DNA of 64,000 bases from NCBI GenBank assembly GCA_000708835.1, contig DF236992.1, positions 14,591-78,590 of the forward strand, in the 5' to 3' direction. Positions 10,488-22,700 of the stretch are shown in pieces. The first letter of the stretch is position 1, and each line of letters begins with the position of its first letter. The notes beneath the pieces are model-generated. The model ran no database searches. It was not told the DNA's origin and saw only the letters and a list, made by a program, of their open reading frames with translations. The translations under genes and the position numbers were made by a program. The stretch comes from Klebsormidium nitens. Its lineage: Eukaryota > Plantae > Klebsormidiophyceae.

Positions 10488-12481
10488 GGGCGGGTTATAG
10501 CGCCTGCTTGTAGTATGTATGAGTGTTGGTTTTGGCCATTCGCCGCGGAGAAGGCAACGGAGACGCGCCTCGGAGTGCCTCTAAAAGCCTGAGGCTTTCT
10601 TGCTGGGCAGTGCATATATGCTCGGCAAATTGATGCAGTTCCCACGGACGCCATTAGTTAGATGTGGTGCTTAGGGTAACTATAAGTGAGTACCCAAGCT
10701 AGAAACAGCGGGCCTATAGATGGAGGCTGAGGGCGCTGCTTGGAGCTTGGAAATAATATGAAAGACGGATTGACCTCAATTCTTCCATCGACGTATAGGA
10801 CTCGTTGACTTTCCGTCAATCGTTGTTTAGGTCGGTGAATAAGGTACTTTGGTTTGATTAGTAAGTCGTATATATAGGGTAGTTTGGAGGACGGCCTCCC
10901 GAGGTAGTGATATGCAAATTCTAGGGTTGACTTCGGGCCTAGATAGACCCTGCTGGAACATGCAAGTACCAGTACAATAGCACGTAACATGCTGGAGAGC
11001 TCTCAATCAGCATTCCCAAAGTTTGTCAGCTGAGTAGAATCCATCAGCCAAGTCTTCGTCGTGCTTTGGGTCGGATCCACTGTAATGATCCTGTCCACAT
11101 GAGCTGTAGTGCGGGCCAGGCCCGCGGCGCGGCCCTTTAAGATTACATGCAATCCCGGTCATGAGCTAGGTCAACTAGTCAATGAGCGATCGACTAGTGT
11201 TGGAGAGTATAGTTAGTACTGAATTTCCCCATATCGATCCCATTTGATCGATGAATCACATGATAGGGGCCATCTCATAATATATCATCAGCCGCCTGGA
11301 TTGCCGGCCGCCCATGCAATTAATTGTCGCGTGTCTGACACGACTGGACTGGCATGATGAAATTGCGTACGTCGCCGGGCCCCGCTGCGGTCAACTTAAG
11401 ATTATAGGGGAATCGTTGGTGAAGCTGCCGCCGCGCGAGCATGCATATTATCATCATGATAGATTCCAAGATTGAGTCCCGACTCGGAAAAATAGAAGAC
11501 ATGAGTCTCGACATACCTATGATCTGAGTCCGAACTCGATATATTCCTGTATAGGCACAATTATGCGCAGCACATGTGACATCGAGCGCGCGCGCGGGCA
11601 CCATTGGCACGTCAGTCCTCGTCACTGATATCAGAGTTGAATTTTTGTTATATGTGACAATAGGACAACGGACTATAGCTATGACCTGGCATCGTAAGTC
11701 ATAACTTACGGTGGTAACCAGCTAGATCCTTTTATAAACATGATCGATTCTAGCGCGTTATAATTGTTACTTAATCTTAGTAGACCGCTACCGTCATATC
11801 GCGCGGCTTGGCCTCATGTGAACTGAGTAAAAGTGCATTAAACTGATTAGTGATCCGACGCATGCATGTCTGTAGTGGATCAAAGGCACACGTCGTCACA
11901 GCTCAGGCTGCATATGATGCTTGAGAGAGGCTCAGTTGGGAACTTAAACATGTTGGGTGAGTGACCGACTTGTTCATGCCTGATTGGGATGACACGAGTA
12001 GCTGGCAGGACGCCTTGATTGTCAAATGGCGGTGCAGCCTGCTCACCATTGTCCAGACTTTGATGATATGAAATAGTAAATTTGATTCCCAGTACTCAAG
12101 CGGCGGCAATCATAGCATAGGCAACATAGCCGGGCACTTTACTATGAAGACCATCTGCTGCCAGGCAACCGGCCTGCCTACCGTTGTCTCCTCCGTGATT
12201 GAAGTACAAACACAAACTCGAGCTGTGCTGAAGGCCAACACGTCGCATGTCCCTCAAGTAGTGGTGCACGGCTTCGAATCCTTCAGAAGAAACGCACATA
12301 TAGAGACGCGCATGCCACAAAATACTTTAACATGACAGCCCTTCACCTTGCTGCGACCCCAACTCATCTACCGTCAGCTTTCATAATCATAACCTTGCAT
12401 AATTATTTGCCCTCCTCTAGCAGGGAGCAGACGGCAGAGACGGCTGCTTGCCGCCACGTGTCACACCCACGTTCGTTCCCG

Positions 12482-15400
12482 TCACTCCTCGTCGTCATCC
12501 GGCTCAACCCGGGGCCCAGTCCGCGAGAAGGGCAGCTCCGGCTCTCCGAGGATCGGCGTGAGGTATACAGCTGCGCCGGCGGCGAGAAACGCGGCCCCGT
12601 TCTTCAACAGCGGCTGCGACAAGATTGGAGCGAGCGGAGCCCTGGTTAGAGGCTTCAGCCTAGCTTTGACGTCAGGCGGGCACGAGGGCTAGTCCATTGA
12701 CACGTGACACAACAAGAAGCCAACGGCGAACGCTCCACCCATCGAGCCAGTGCAGATGTGTGCACAAAGGAAGGCCTAGCGTCAAGGAAGAAGGACATTT
12801 CCAAGTCATCCTAAACCCGCAAACTCTGACACCTTTCTGATTTTCATTAGACTTCCGCAGGCAAAATCCGTGCAGAACATCGCCGGAGGGTTTACAAAGT
12901 CGAAGTCATGCACACTGCACAGGGTCGAAGAGTTGCCTCGCAACTGGAGTTTGAGAACCGCTCGCGTCGTCAATGTCGGGACTGTCACAATGCGACGCTG
13001 GCCCATTAAAATGTCAGGCTGATGCCAACGTGCCAAGAAAGTCTGCAAACGGGCTAAGTTTTGTAGGAGACCGCAAAACCTTGGCAGCTGGGGCTTACTT
13101 CGAGCTCTGTGGTCCGTGACGTCACCGGAAGGATCCCAAACGACACGAGCAGGAACGCCCAGAGCGGAGCGAACGTCAGGATCCACTGCGGTTACAATGA
13201 TCGGGTTAGAGTGGGTTATCACCCTTGCGGCGCTGCATTGGAATGGTAAGGCAAACTGAATCGAGCTTCAAGCAGAGTCAAGGGACTCGCGAAACGTACC
13301 CCAGAGAAAGGGAAATTAGATCGCGGGCTCAGGACGGGTGCCTCGATCCTTTCTCCCGACTGGGGACCGGACAGCATACCTAGTTGCCTCAGGACAATCA
13401 TGGCACGCATTTTGCCCCAATCCCAGAAGGTTGATCCCTGGTTTATTACAAGAGGCAGACCCAACCGGCGTCCCTGTCATTAGGAAGCAGATTTCCTGCT
13501 TTGCAGACCAGTGAAGTGCACTCGAAGGTCAACGCTTCCTTGTGAAAGTTACGAGGTTTTCTTCCCGATCGCAACCATCGAGCTATCCATTACAGAGCTG
13601 GTCTGGCGTTCGAATAGCGCGTGCATGTTGCGATGCGACAGCTGACTCGAGCAGGTGTCCGAGATGAAGCAGCGTCGGACGAAGCGAGCGTCCGGAAAAG
13701 CGTTTACATAAGCAGGCGTCAGCGTTCGCAATAAGCAAAGCAACTCACTCACTGATTGTCCACTTGAGCCATCGTCCGTTCGGACAGCGTTTGCATAAGC
13801 GGGCGTCGAACGACTGACGTCCAGATCGATAGCGTCCGCACGAACCACGGTTCACATGAGCGACGTTTCGTAAATGGCAGCTTGCCTCTTTGGAAGCCAA
13901 ACGTCTTTTCTTTGCTGCTTTAAACACTCGTCAAGGGAATGCAGCGTCCCCATGATTAAAAATGGTTCGAAAGTAAGAGGCTTCCACTTACTGTCAGCTG
14001 ATTGTTGACCCTTCCCGAGAGGGGCACGCGGGCTGAGAATCCGAAGACGGCCCCCGCGGCCACTGAACAGGCGAGGGTTAGGAAGTAAAGATCGTCAACC
14101 AAACCCGGTACAAACCTGCGCAGGTCAAGGAGACGATATATGGGGTTAACCAACATGTCAAAGGGCGACCAAAAGGCAGATCGACAGGTTCAGAACCGAG
14201 GTTGCAAGCAAAGCTTGAGTTTGGGCGGACTTCTAAACTTTTGAGCGCAAACGGTCAGGAGTGCACTCTTAGGCAAGTCAGGTTATTAGCCGAAGCCGGA
14301 ATAAGTCTGGAGGTTTTAAAGAAAAGTGGAAGCAAGAAAGAAAGGAAGCGAGCTAGCGAGTACAAAATGAAAGAAAAAGAAGAAGCTCTGTAAGGGAAAA
14401 AAGCAGGACGTCCTTCGTGCGTCTGCCCACCTGCATCCCTTGTCTCGTCCGAGGCAGTCCCTCAACGCGCCGACCGTCTCCATCAACGCCTTTGCATTCC
14501 CCTCTTCTGCAATGTAGAATTGGTTCCCGAACCGCGACTGAAGTTCCGTAAAGAATTGCCGGGGCAGTTTTTCCCTCACGCCGTCGCCCGTGTTGAAGTT
14601 GAGCACGTTCGGAGCGCTGACGTCATCGATGACGACGATGGTGCGGGAGTCGAGGTTCCAGACTGACCGGACCTCGTTGCCCGAGGGGAAGGAGCCGGGA
14701 CCGTTGCGGGTTACAATGCCTGCAAGAATGGGAGCTCCATCTTATTCTTGCTTACTCTTATGGGGCTTCCGACGCTCACTTAGTTCGTCATATCAGCGAA
14801 CCCCAGTGTTATGCAGGAGCAACAAAAACCTAGATTGATTCTCGAGTACAGGATCGACACTGATTGCCTGCTTCATTTGAGCTGCGAGGAATGAAGTCAG
14901 GAATGCTGCCGTCTGCAGCCAGAGAGAGCGTTCCAACTTCTCATCTGATCCATTTTCACCGACAAACGGTAGAGGGCAAAGTAAGGAAGTTTAGACCCCA
15001 AGTCTCTTCCAATCCAGAAGTTGTCAGTGCACCAATAAGAATAGAAGCTGCTCTGGTTTAGGGAAGCAGGCTTACGGATCTTCCATCCTGTCTGGTCTGC
15101 AAACTCCGCCAGTCCATTCGCAAGCTCCCCTTCCCTTCCGTCTGGAATGATGCTTGCCCCATCAATGATTGGCCCGTTCCTCTCGGGTCTTACAAAAGCG
15201 CCCCTCTCCGCACCGTAAGCTATGCCCGGACTGCCCATAAGCAGTGCGGCTGTGCAAAGGACAGTAGCGACACCTTGAGCCCCTCTGGTTAGGAGCGAGC
15301 TTTTGCCATTGTCTACGTTAACTGCTCCGCAGGTTTCCACGTTCACGGGTCTCTCCCAACGCCTGGTTTGCGGCTGGCTGCATTCTGGACTATCATAAGC

Positions 15401-15637
15401 GCCAGCCCGAACCAGACACTCCGAATGGTGCGAGATCTTCTGGTGATTCTTTGGAAGAAAAGGAGCGCCACCCAAGTTCCTGCGAAGCAGTAAATGTACG
15501 GTGCGGTACCATTGGGCAGCAGCCGGCCCCGCAATGGAAACTTCAAGTGGGCTTGAAGTGTGCTGCGCTTCTGCTGCCGACAGCATGCTTCCACTTGTGC
15601 GGCGCCCATATGAGCGAGAGAGCGCAGGAGACGCCAT
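12482..15637 (-). CDS. Thylakoid TPM-domain (TLP18.3/Psb32/MOLO-1 family) protein with C-terminal membrane segments, ~397 aa; exons 15637-15076, 14719-14431, 14115-13992, 13185-13099, 12613-12482
   Basis: Spliced product has a transit-like N-terminus ending AYGA, then IIDGASIIPDGREGEL...GWKIR|IVT...VWNLDSRTIVV...NVLNFNTGD...FFTELQSRFGNQFY...CLGRDKGCR|FVPGL...|WILTFAPLWAFLLVSFGILPV...|PLLKNGAAFL. This resembles recalled cyanobacterial TPM proteins and Arabidopsis At5g52970. All junctions in phase. Confidence 0.85.
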
Positions 15638-15845
15638 GATTACAGCAAGAGAAGGGCACCCAAAATGTGGAGAATGTCTGGCCTTTTATGAACCAATGAG
15701 GAGTCGCCAGTGATTGAAAAGACGTTTGCTGCTGCTTGGCACCTACCGATCTGCAAAACAATCCAAGTATTACATTAGGTATTCGAGATACCGGTACCTG
15801 AGGCTGTGTTGAGGATCGACGGCCCATCGGCCAGCAGAGATGAAA

Positions 15846-16121
15846 CTCAAGAAAAATAATAGTAAGCCCAGATAATAGTAAGGTAACCGCACNNNNNNNN
15901 NNNNNNNNNNNNNNNNNNNNNNNNNNNNNNNNNNNNNNNNNNNNNNNNNNNNNNNNNNNNNNNNNNNNNNNNNNNNNNNNNNNNNNNNNNNNNNNNNNNN
16001 NNNNNNNNNNNNNNNNNNNNNNNNNNNNNNNNNNNNNNNNNNNNNNNNNNNNNNNNNNNNNNNNNNNNNNNNNNNNNNNNNNNNNNNNNNGCCTTACTAA
16101 GTTACCATTATCTTTCTTGAG
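15846..16121. mobile_element. Probable TIR element spanning the assembly gap
   Basis: CTCAAGAAAAATAATAGTAA (15846-15865) and the reverse complement of TTACCATTATCTTTCTTGAG (16102-16121) match at 18 of 20 positions. Partial inner copies (TAGTAAGG / CCTTACTA) lie on both sides. Confidence 0.5.
15893..16090. other. Assembly gap (198 N)
   Basis: Run of n characters. Confidence 1.
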
Positions 16122-16713
16122 AATTATCCAGCAGAGGCGCCCGCCCGCGAGGCGGCCCGACCCGTCCTAACCCCCAGCTAACCCTACTAACTTACAGCAG
16201 TGGTTCAATGCGAAATTCAATAGGGGATATTGCCTGAAACCCGCTTTTGCCCCGCGCACGCCGTGCACTTACCGAGGGTTTGGCCAAGGTTTCCTCAAAA
16301 CCTGACAACATGATCATCACTCGTTTGCACCATAAATATGCATAATGCTCCTTCCGGCACCAAGAAAGCAAGGAATGAGCGGTCAGAATGAGGAATGAGG
16401 AAATCAAAGTGAGCAATGAGGAGGAGCCATTGTAAAGAGCAACGAGCATTGCAGTAAGCAGCTAGCCCGTGAATACATGATCCAGTGGACTCTGCAGCAG
16501 CAGAGGCTATTAGAATCCAATCAGAAGCCATGAGATACGTCAGCAGGAAGTCCCCAGGAAGTCATCCCTGCAAGCTTTAAGATTTGGGGCGTCCTGCAGA
16601 TACCCTTGGAGTTCTGGTTGATGTTTGAGGCTCTACTTGACTAGGAAGGCTTGAGATGTAGAAGCTTGGGTAAAGTTCTTGTCTCTATTAGCAACTTGCA
16701 TACTTCTAACAAC

Positions 16714-19700
16714 ATGTTGGCAAGACCCCGTTTGGCCTCATCGTTTCTGCTCATTCTAGCCTTGAGTTGTCTACTTCAGACAATCTGCGCAGACTATGTA
16801 GTAACATGGCCACGGCCAGGGGCCCCAGAGCCCCCAGGCATTACTCCTGGCGAATGCCCTCTGACTTACCACGAGCCAGACATCCAACAAGCGAAGCAAG
16901 TCTGTTCCTCTGGTGAGGGGTTTGAAATTCTGTCAAGCCTGTAGGTGTACAGTTCAGGCCTGTATGCACTGACCAAGCACCTCCAGTTGTTGCAATAAGG
17001 CTTTGACAGACACGTTGGGTAAAAGAAAGTTACCCCTTTTACCAGACGTTGTCTACTTGTCAGCTATTTTCCAGTGATGCCTCGACCGATCTTCATAATG
17101 TTGAGTCTTACCATGTGCATGCGCCACCTTTACTGTAGTCTCTTTCCTGAGGAACCTCTTGTAGCAGGGCTAGTTTTTTGGATTCTGCAGAATTGTGTCA
17201 GCAACAAGTTGCTCCAATGCGTCAGCTGAGGCTTGCTGAATTCAGCAGCTGATATTAACCCGGTAATATCAGCTGCTGTTAGTCGCTTCTAGATTATTGT
17301 CTTTACAAAGAAGTAGCTTCTTGTCCGCTTACATTTACGCTCCTCATTGTTCCCGCTCATGAAGGCACAGGCACTCTTTGTCTCCCTTACAGGGGCCAGC
17401 TCTGGCTGCTGCAATCAGCTGCAGGCAACCTTATTCTCGGCCAGGGTCCGTTACGCCAACGACACGGGGCGCTTACTCCTGCCTCAAGCATCAGCTGATG
17501 CATGCGTGCAGGTACCAGCTCTCCTTTGACCTCTTGCGGACATCCACAAGTGCGTCCAAATGCAAAAAAGTTGCACTTGGACGCAGTGACGTTTGTTACT
17601 AGAGGCTGCCTCTGGCTAAGTGCGTGAATCAGTTTCCAGGAATAGCTCAAGTGGACAGAGCCGCCGTCTCAGTTGGCAGAAGTCAACATTGCGTTGGTTG
17701 TGAGGCCCATCTCCAGATGTAGCATGTTCTGCCCCTTTGATTATGTTGCTGCAAATGCAGGTAGCTTGAGCTAATGCATGCACCCGGTATGGTACCTCAG
17801 AGTGACCCTCAGCAATCACTTTTCTCTTACCCCTCAGATGGCTAAGGCACGAGTGAGGGGCTTTGAAAGAGTGCTTGCTTCTCTGGTGCAGAGTCTTGGA
17901 AGTGCCGTGGCGTTCGCTGAGACACCCCTCGTTGGTACTTGCGGCATCACAAGCAGGCCCTTGTCAGAGGACTCTGGGAGGGCATGCGGAGAGGACCTTA
18001 CAAGTGTGTATGACTTCTGGAATGCTGCAGACCGCACCTTTCCAGGTATGCCCCAACTTCTTGGTCACTTATTCAAGGCTTTTCGGCTTCAGTTACTTCA
18101 AGTGTGCACACCATCCGAAGTGCTGTTTGCAATTGATACGTGCACAATTCATCATCTTCCGTCAGGCTTCAGTTGAGCTGCTGTGGTCTAGGTGGACTGC
18201 CATCGTACTTTCAACTGGTCATGCTTGATGAAGATACACTGCTAGACTGTCACCCTGCTTATCCGTAATCACGTACCTTCTCCAGAATCGACAAAGCAGC
18301 AAGTCCCAGGCGACTTGCTCTTCATGAGCTTCGTTCCTCTGGTCTCCATGTGCACTCACACCGTCTCAGGTTCGACCTTCTGCCTTCTCACACTTCAAGA
18401 ACCTGCCCTGCCGTTCAGGTCTGGTCGGTCCGAGTTGCTACGGGCAAAGGGACTGCAGCGTTTGTACCTCTCTCATCACATCCGAGATCATGGCACTGGG
18501 CCGCAGCACCACGGCCCTTCTCAGCACGCCATCATGTCAAGGTGAGGTAATCTACGTCAAAGCCAAAACACCTGATGTACGCATAAGATCGTTTATCATG
18601 TGTCCAATACTCTGTCCATTTTAAGGGGCACTAGCCGTCAAATGGAAAGCAGAATCTGCGAACGGCAATGATTCCCGGTGGATGCGTGACAAATGCCTTT
18701 GCATGATCCAGAGTCCCACTCATGCTTTTCAGGACTTCTGTGGCATCTGCATGCAAAACCCCGTGAACCTATCCACTTCGAGAGTGAGGCAGGCGGTTTC
18801 TTGCGAGCTTTCGAGATTCTAATGGCGGCTCTAGAGCTTTGTGAGCCAGCTCGACCAAGCCCGACCTCATACATCATGTCCCTGTCGATACAGTGTTGTC
18901 ACAACCTACACAAAGAACGTCAGACGACCAGCCTGGTTATCTTTGGCTAAGTGGTCTCGGGACCAATCAAAAGCACTTTACAAGGCACAACCAAACATAG
19001 TCAAAAGCAGCAACTTTTGCGTTACTTGTGCTTGAAGGACACCCTCCCCCTTGTCGCTTGACTTTACCAGTTCCAACTCTTTGCTTCTTTCCAAATCCTG
19101 CAGATCTGGCTCAAGTAGCAATGACGGCAGCAGCGTATCCCGTCACACTCGCCAACAGCATGGCACGCTGCCTCCATCTGATCGAAATTACGCCCGTTCC
19201 TCAGCGTCCAAAGTGCACCATCTTCGATTGGGATTCCATAGAGTACACGGGTGTTGTGCCCTGCTGTGGACCGCAGCAGGTTCGGCCGGACCGCTGCTGT
19301 GAAATGATCCTGGGAATGTACGGCCAAGTCCATTCGCTGTATCTGAACCAAACGGGCCACGGATTCGTCGAGGTACGTGCCCTTCCACACTCTTGGAGCA
19401 AGGAGGAGATACACAACGATAGAGTTGTTTCCGAGCAGGTCCTCGACCTTCTCTCTCTCTTCTTACCTTCTCTCATTGGAAGATTTGTGCAACGCTGACG
19501 GGCATTCTCAGGACGAAAAGTGAGACCCTTGCAAGCAGTCCTTTGATCTTTCGACATGATGGAAGATGTACGTGCGTTTCCAGGCACGAGCATTCGCTTT
19601 TCCAACAGCGCCTCTCCACCCTCTGCCTTTCTTCAAGCAAGTATCGGATTCTTTCGCATTTCTCGCTTCTCGATGCTTCAATACGAAGCCTTCTCAGATG

Positions 19701-22700
19701 ATGCAAAGAACAGTCTCGACCGGCCTACATGCAAGTCTAAGTTAGACGGACAGGCCCAGCTTCTCTCAACCCATTGATGCCTACCGTTCATATAGCCGAG
19801 CCTTCCGGCCATGCTTGCTCCCAGCCTGTCAGAAACTTTGAAGAAGGTTTCGGATTTCGGCAACACTTACAGGAATGTTGCTCAACTATTCGTACCTGGC
19901 CAACAGGTGTCTGGCCAACTTTGCAGCAGTGAGTCTGGTAAAAGGGCGTGTAACCACTACTTAACCACTCATGTTTATCTCTCTGATCGCAGGACCAAGC
20001 CGAGGCATGTGCAGCCGAGTTCAAAGCGCAGCTCGCTGCCCGGGGAGTCCCCCCTTCAGTTCCGGACAACTGCCTGATAACGCCTGCCCTTCTGCTTAAC
20101 GGCGTCGGTTGTTACAACTACACCACAATCCTGCAAAGGGTCCCGGCTCCTGTGTATGAGCAAATAGAGGCTGTGTGCAATCCGGCTACAAGCAATTGCA
20201 GCCAGTGCGTACCGGTCTTCTTGTCCTTGGGTGCGGAGCTGGCTAATACCACTAGTACCACTTATCTCAACCAATGCATGCTCACTTTTGGGACGCAATA
20301 CTTCGGCGGGTTCTCAACCATGGAAGATGTTACCGACCGGCTGAATTGCTTCTACCAATTTCCCCCGGGGTTAGAGCTAAGCCTTCCGAGCCCCCGGTCA
20401 AAGAGCAGCCGCCGTAACGTCGGCCTCATTACAGGCATAAGCACAGCGATTGCTGTAACGGTCGTAGCGTTTATCTGTCTTGCGTTACTTTTCTGGCGGC
20501 GCTCTTCGGTCCTGGTGGACGCGAAAACGCTCGATCGTATGGCGTCCTTGAAACGGAGCCCGAACAACAAAGGGCTCAAAGTGTTCAGTCGGAGGCAGCT
20601 GCGGCAGGCAACAAACAACTTCGATGAAAGCGCGTTGATAGGCCAGGGCGGCTCAGGGAAGGTCTATGTGGGGCTGCTGAAAGGCCATGCAGTGGCGATC
20701 AAGGAAGCCTTGTATTCGTGCAACAGCAAACGCGGTGCGCAGGTAAGAATGGACGTGGTTGAGCTTTGCTTTTTTTCGGGATTGCTTTGGATCATCGAAG
20801 TTCTTGGCGCGTTTTCATAAGGTATCTGCAGGCATGCTTCGAGCGACGTTGAATGTCCCCGTTGCATCCATCCTGTATTGCCAGGAGCTTTGTGTTCTTT
20901 CTTACTTTGGTCCGTGCGACTCTGGATATTTCAGTCCTGGCCCAAGCTCGACTCTGCGAGGCTATTTGATGGTTTGTGCAAGAGGGTCCTGATTGTCAGC
21001 ATGGATTCAAACGCTTTTCAGCAAACGGGTTATGCGAAGAAATGTTCCTTCGGACTCTTTTTGCCGAATCTTGCTCCAGCTAAGGCCTGGGAGTATGAAG
21101 GCTCAATTCGTTCAAGAGAACCTCCCGTATGGACATGCCCGGCGTACGGGTCTTAGCGAAGTTCGAGGCATGTTTCTTACCATTTCACAAGAAGTGTGGG
21201 TTCACAATCTTGCCCGAGAAGCGCAAACTCGAACCGGCTGGTAATACGCAAAGAGTGCTCACGTAACCATGATTCAAAGGCCTTGGTTAACGGTGCTTTT
21301 CCCGTTGGTCGATCAACCTCGATTTATGCACGTATTGCAGGAAGCGTGGAACGAGCTTACTACGCTAGCCTGCTGCCGGCACCGCAACCTGGTGGTTCTC
21401 AAAGGATGTTGCGTCGATCGATCGCACATCAGGTGAAGGAAGTTTGTCAGCAACAGCGTTCAATCGCATGGAATACCTTTGTACGTTGGAAAGAAGGAAC
21501 AAATTTGTGCTTTATGCGCTTGCATCAGCGCTTGGCAAAGTATCGACCTTGTCTGTATCTCTCCTGCGTACTAGCTTTTCTTTGTCAAAGACGATACTCG
21601 AGATGCTGTTCAAGCTCAGTAATCTATAGGGAGAGCAGGAGGTCGAGACACAGACAACCCGAGCGTCTCCCTGTCCGCAACAAGATGAACCTTTGCAGGC
21701 AGTAGAGGGGAATGAAAAATGGCCAGAGGTATTTCCAAGCTTGCTCGAAGCTTATCAGCCCTGCGGCTTTGCCCCCTTCGTGTCGGCGAAGCCTTTCAGC
21801 TAAGCGCACCCTTGATTCTGGGAAGTTAAAGAATTGCCAACTTCGTATCGCCCTTTCCTTGTCAGCTGCAAGGCTAGACGCTCTGGCATCAAGCGGGCTA
21901 AGAAGTTGAGTGCTCTGACTCTCGTTTTCATCCTTGCAGCCTTGTTTACGAGTTAATGGAAGAAGGCAGCCTGGAGGATCACCTCTTTGAAATTCATACG
22001 GACACTCAGAGGTGCCCGGGCAGAAGCATTACCGTCCGCTTCTTAGACTGGCCCACCCGCCTGAAGATCGCCCAGGGAACTGCCAGCGGTCTGGCTTATC
22101 TGCACGATGTAAGTCGCAATCCGCAAAAAGAGCGCGCTTTTTGAATTGCCGTGCAGGAACGTTACCGCCTTCCAAATCTGTTGAGCATGCTCGACTGCTG
22201 ACCTGCAACGAGTGACGCGCTTTGGTCAGCTCTCAGTTCAGTCCCATGGTTGCAAGGTGTCGCTTAAAGTCAGCTTGTTGCAGGTCGAATGGGGTACAAG
22301 CGGCTTGTGCCTTGTCCAGGATTAGCTTGCAAAACGACGCTTGATAGGCGAAGCAGACGTAGCTGGAAAGGGGATGTCTGTCGAAGTTCTTTCAAGGACC
22401 GTTGAATGCAAGCACGGGCCTGTTTCTGCAACGATCAAGTGCCTTCAGTGTGTGCGGATCACACACTCCAATCTTTGTACCTCAACTCTCCAGGAGTGCA
22501 CCCCCCGCATCATACACCGAGACGTCAAACCGAGCAACATTCTGCTGACGTCGTCCACTTTCGAGCCGAAGCTCGCCGACTTTGGTCTTGCGAGGCTGGC
22601 CGCTTTTGACGAGACGCACGTGACCACGGGTGAGCATAGAGCACCAGTCTAAACACTGATAGGAGAGAGATGTCGCTTCGATCATGGTTCCTACGGTCGA

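Noticed and set aside
10658-10990. 110-aa minus-strand ORF with atypical AT-richer composition
   Set aside because: No recognisable motif or splice context; could be a chance ORF or a repeat fragment.
20020-20080. Apparent frameshift in the RLK second ectodomain suggested by the ORF track
   Set aside because: Recounting the bases (GTC CCC CCT TCA GTT CCG GAC AAC TGC) shows the exon from 19993 is continuous in frame.
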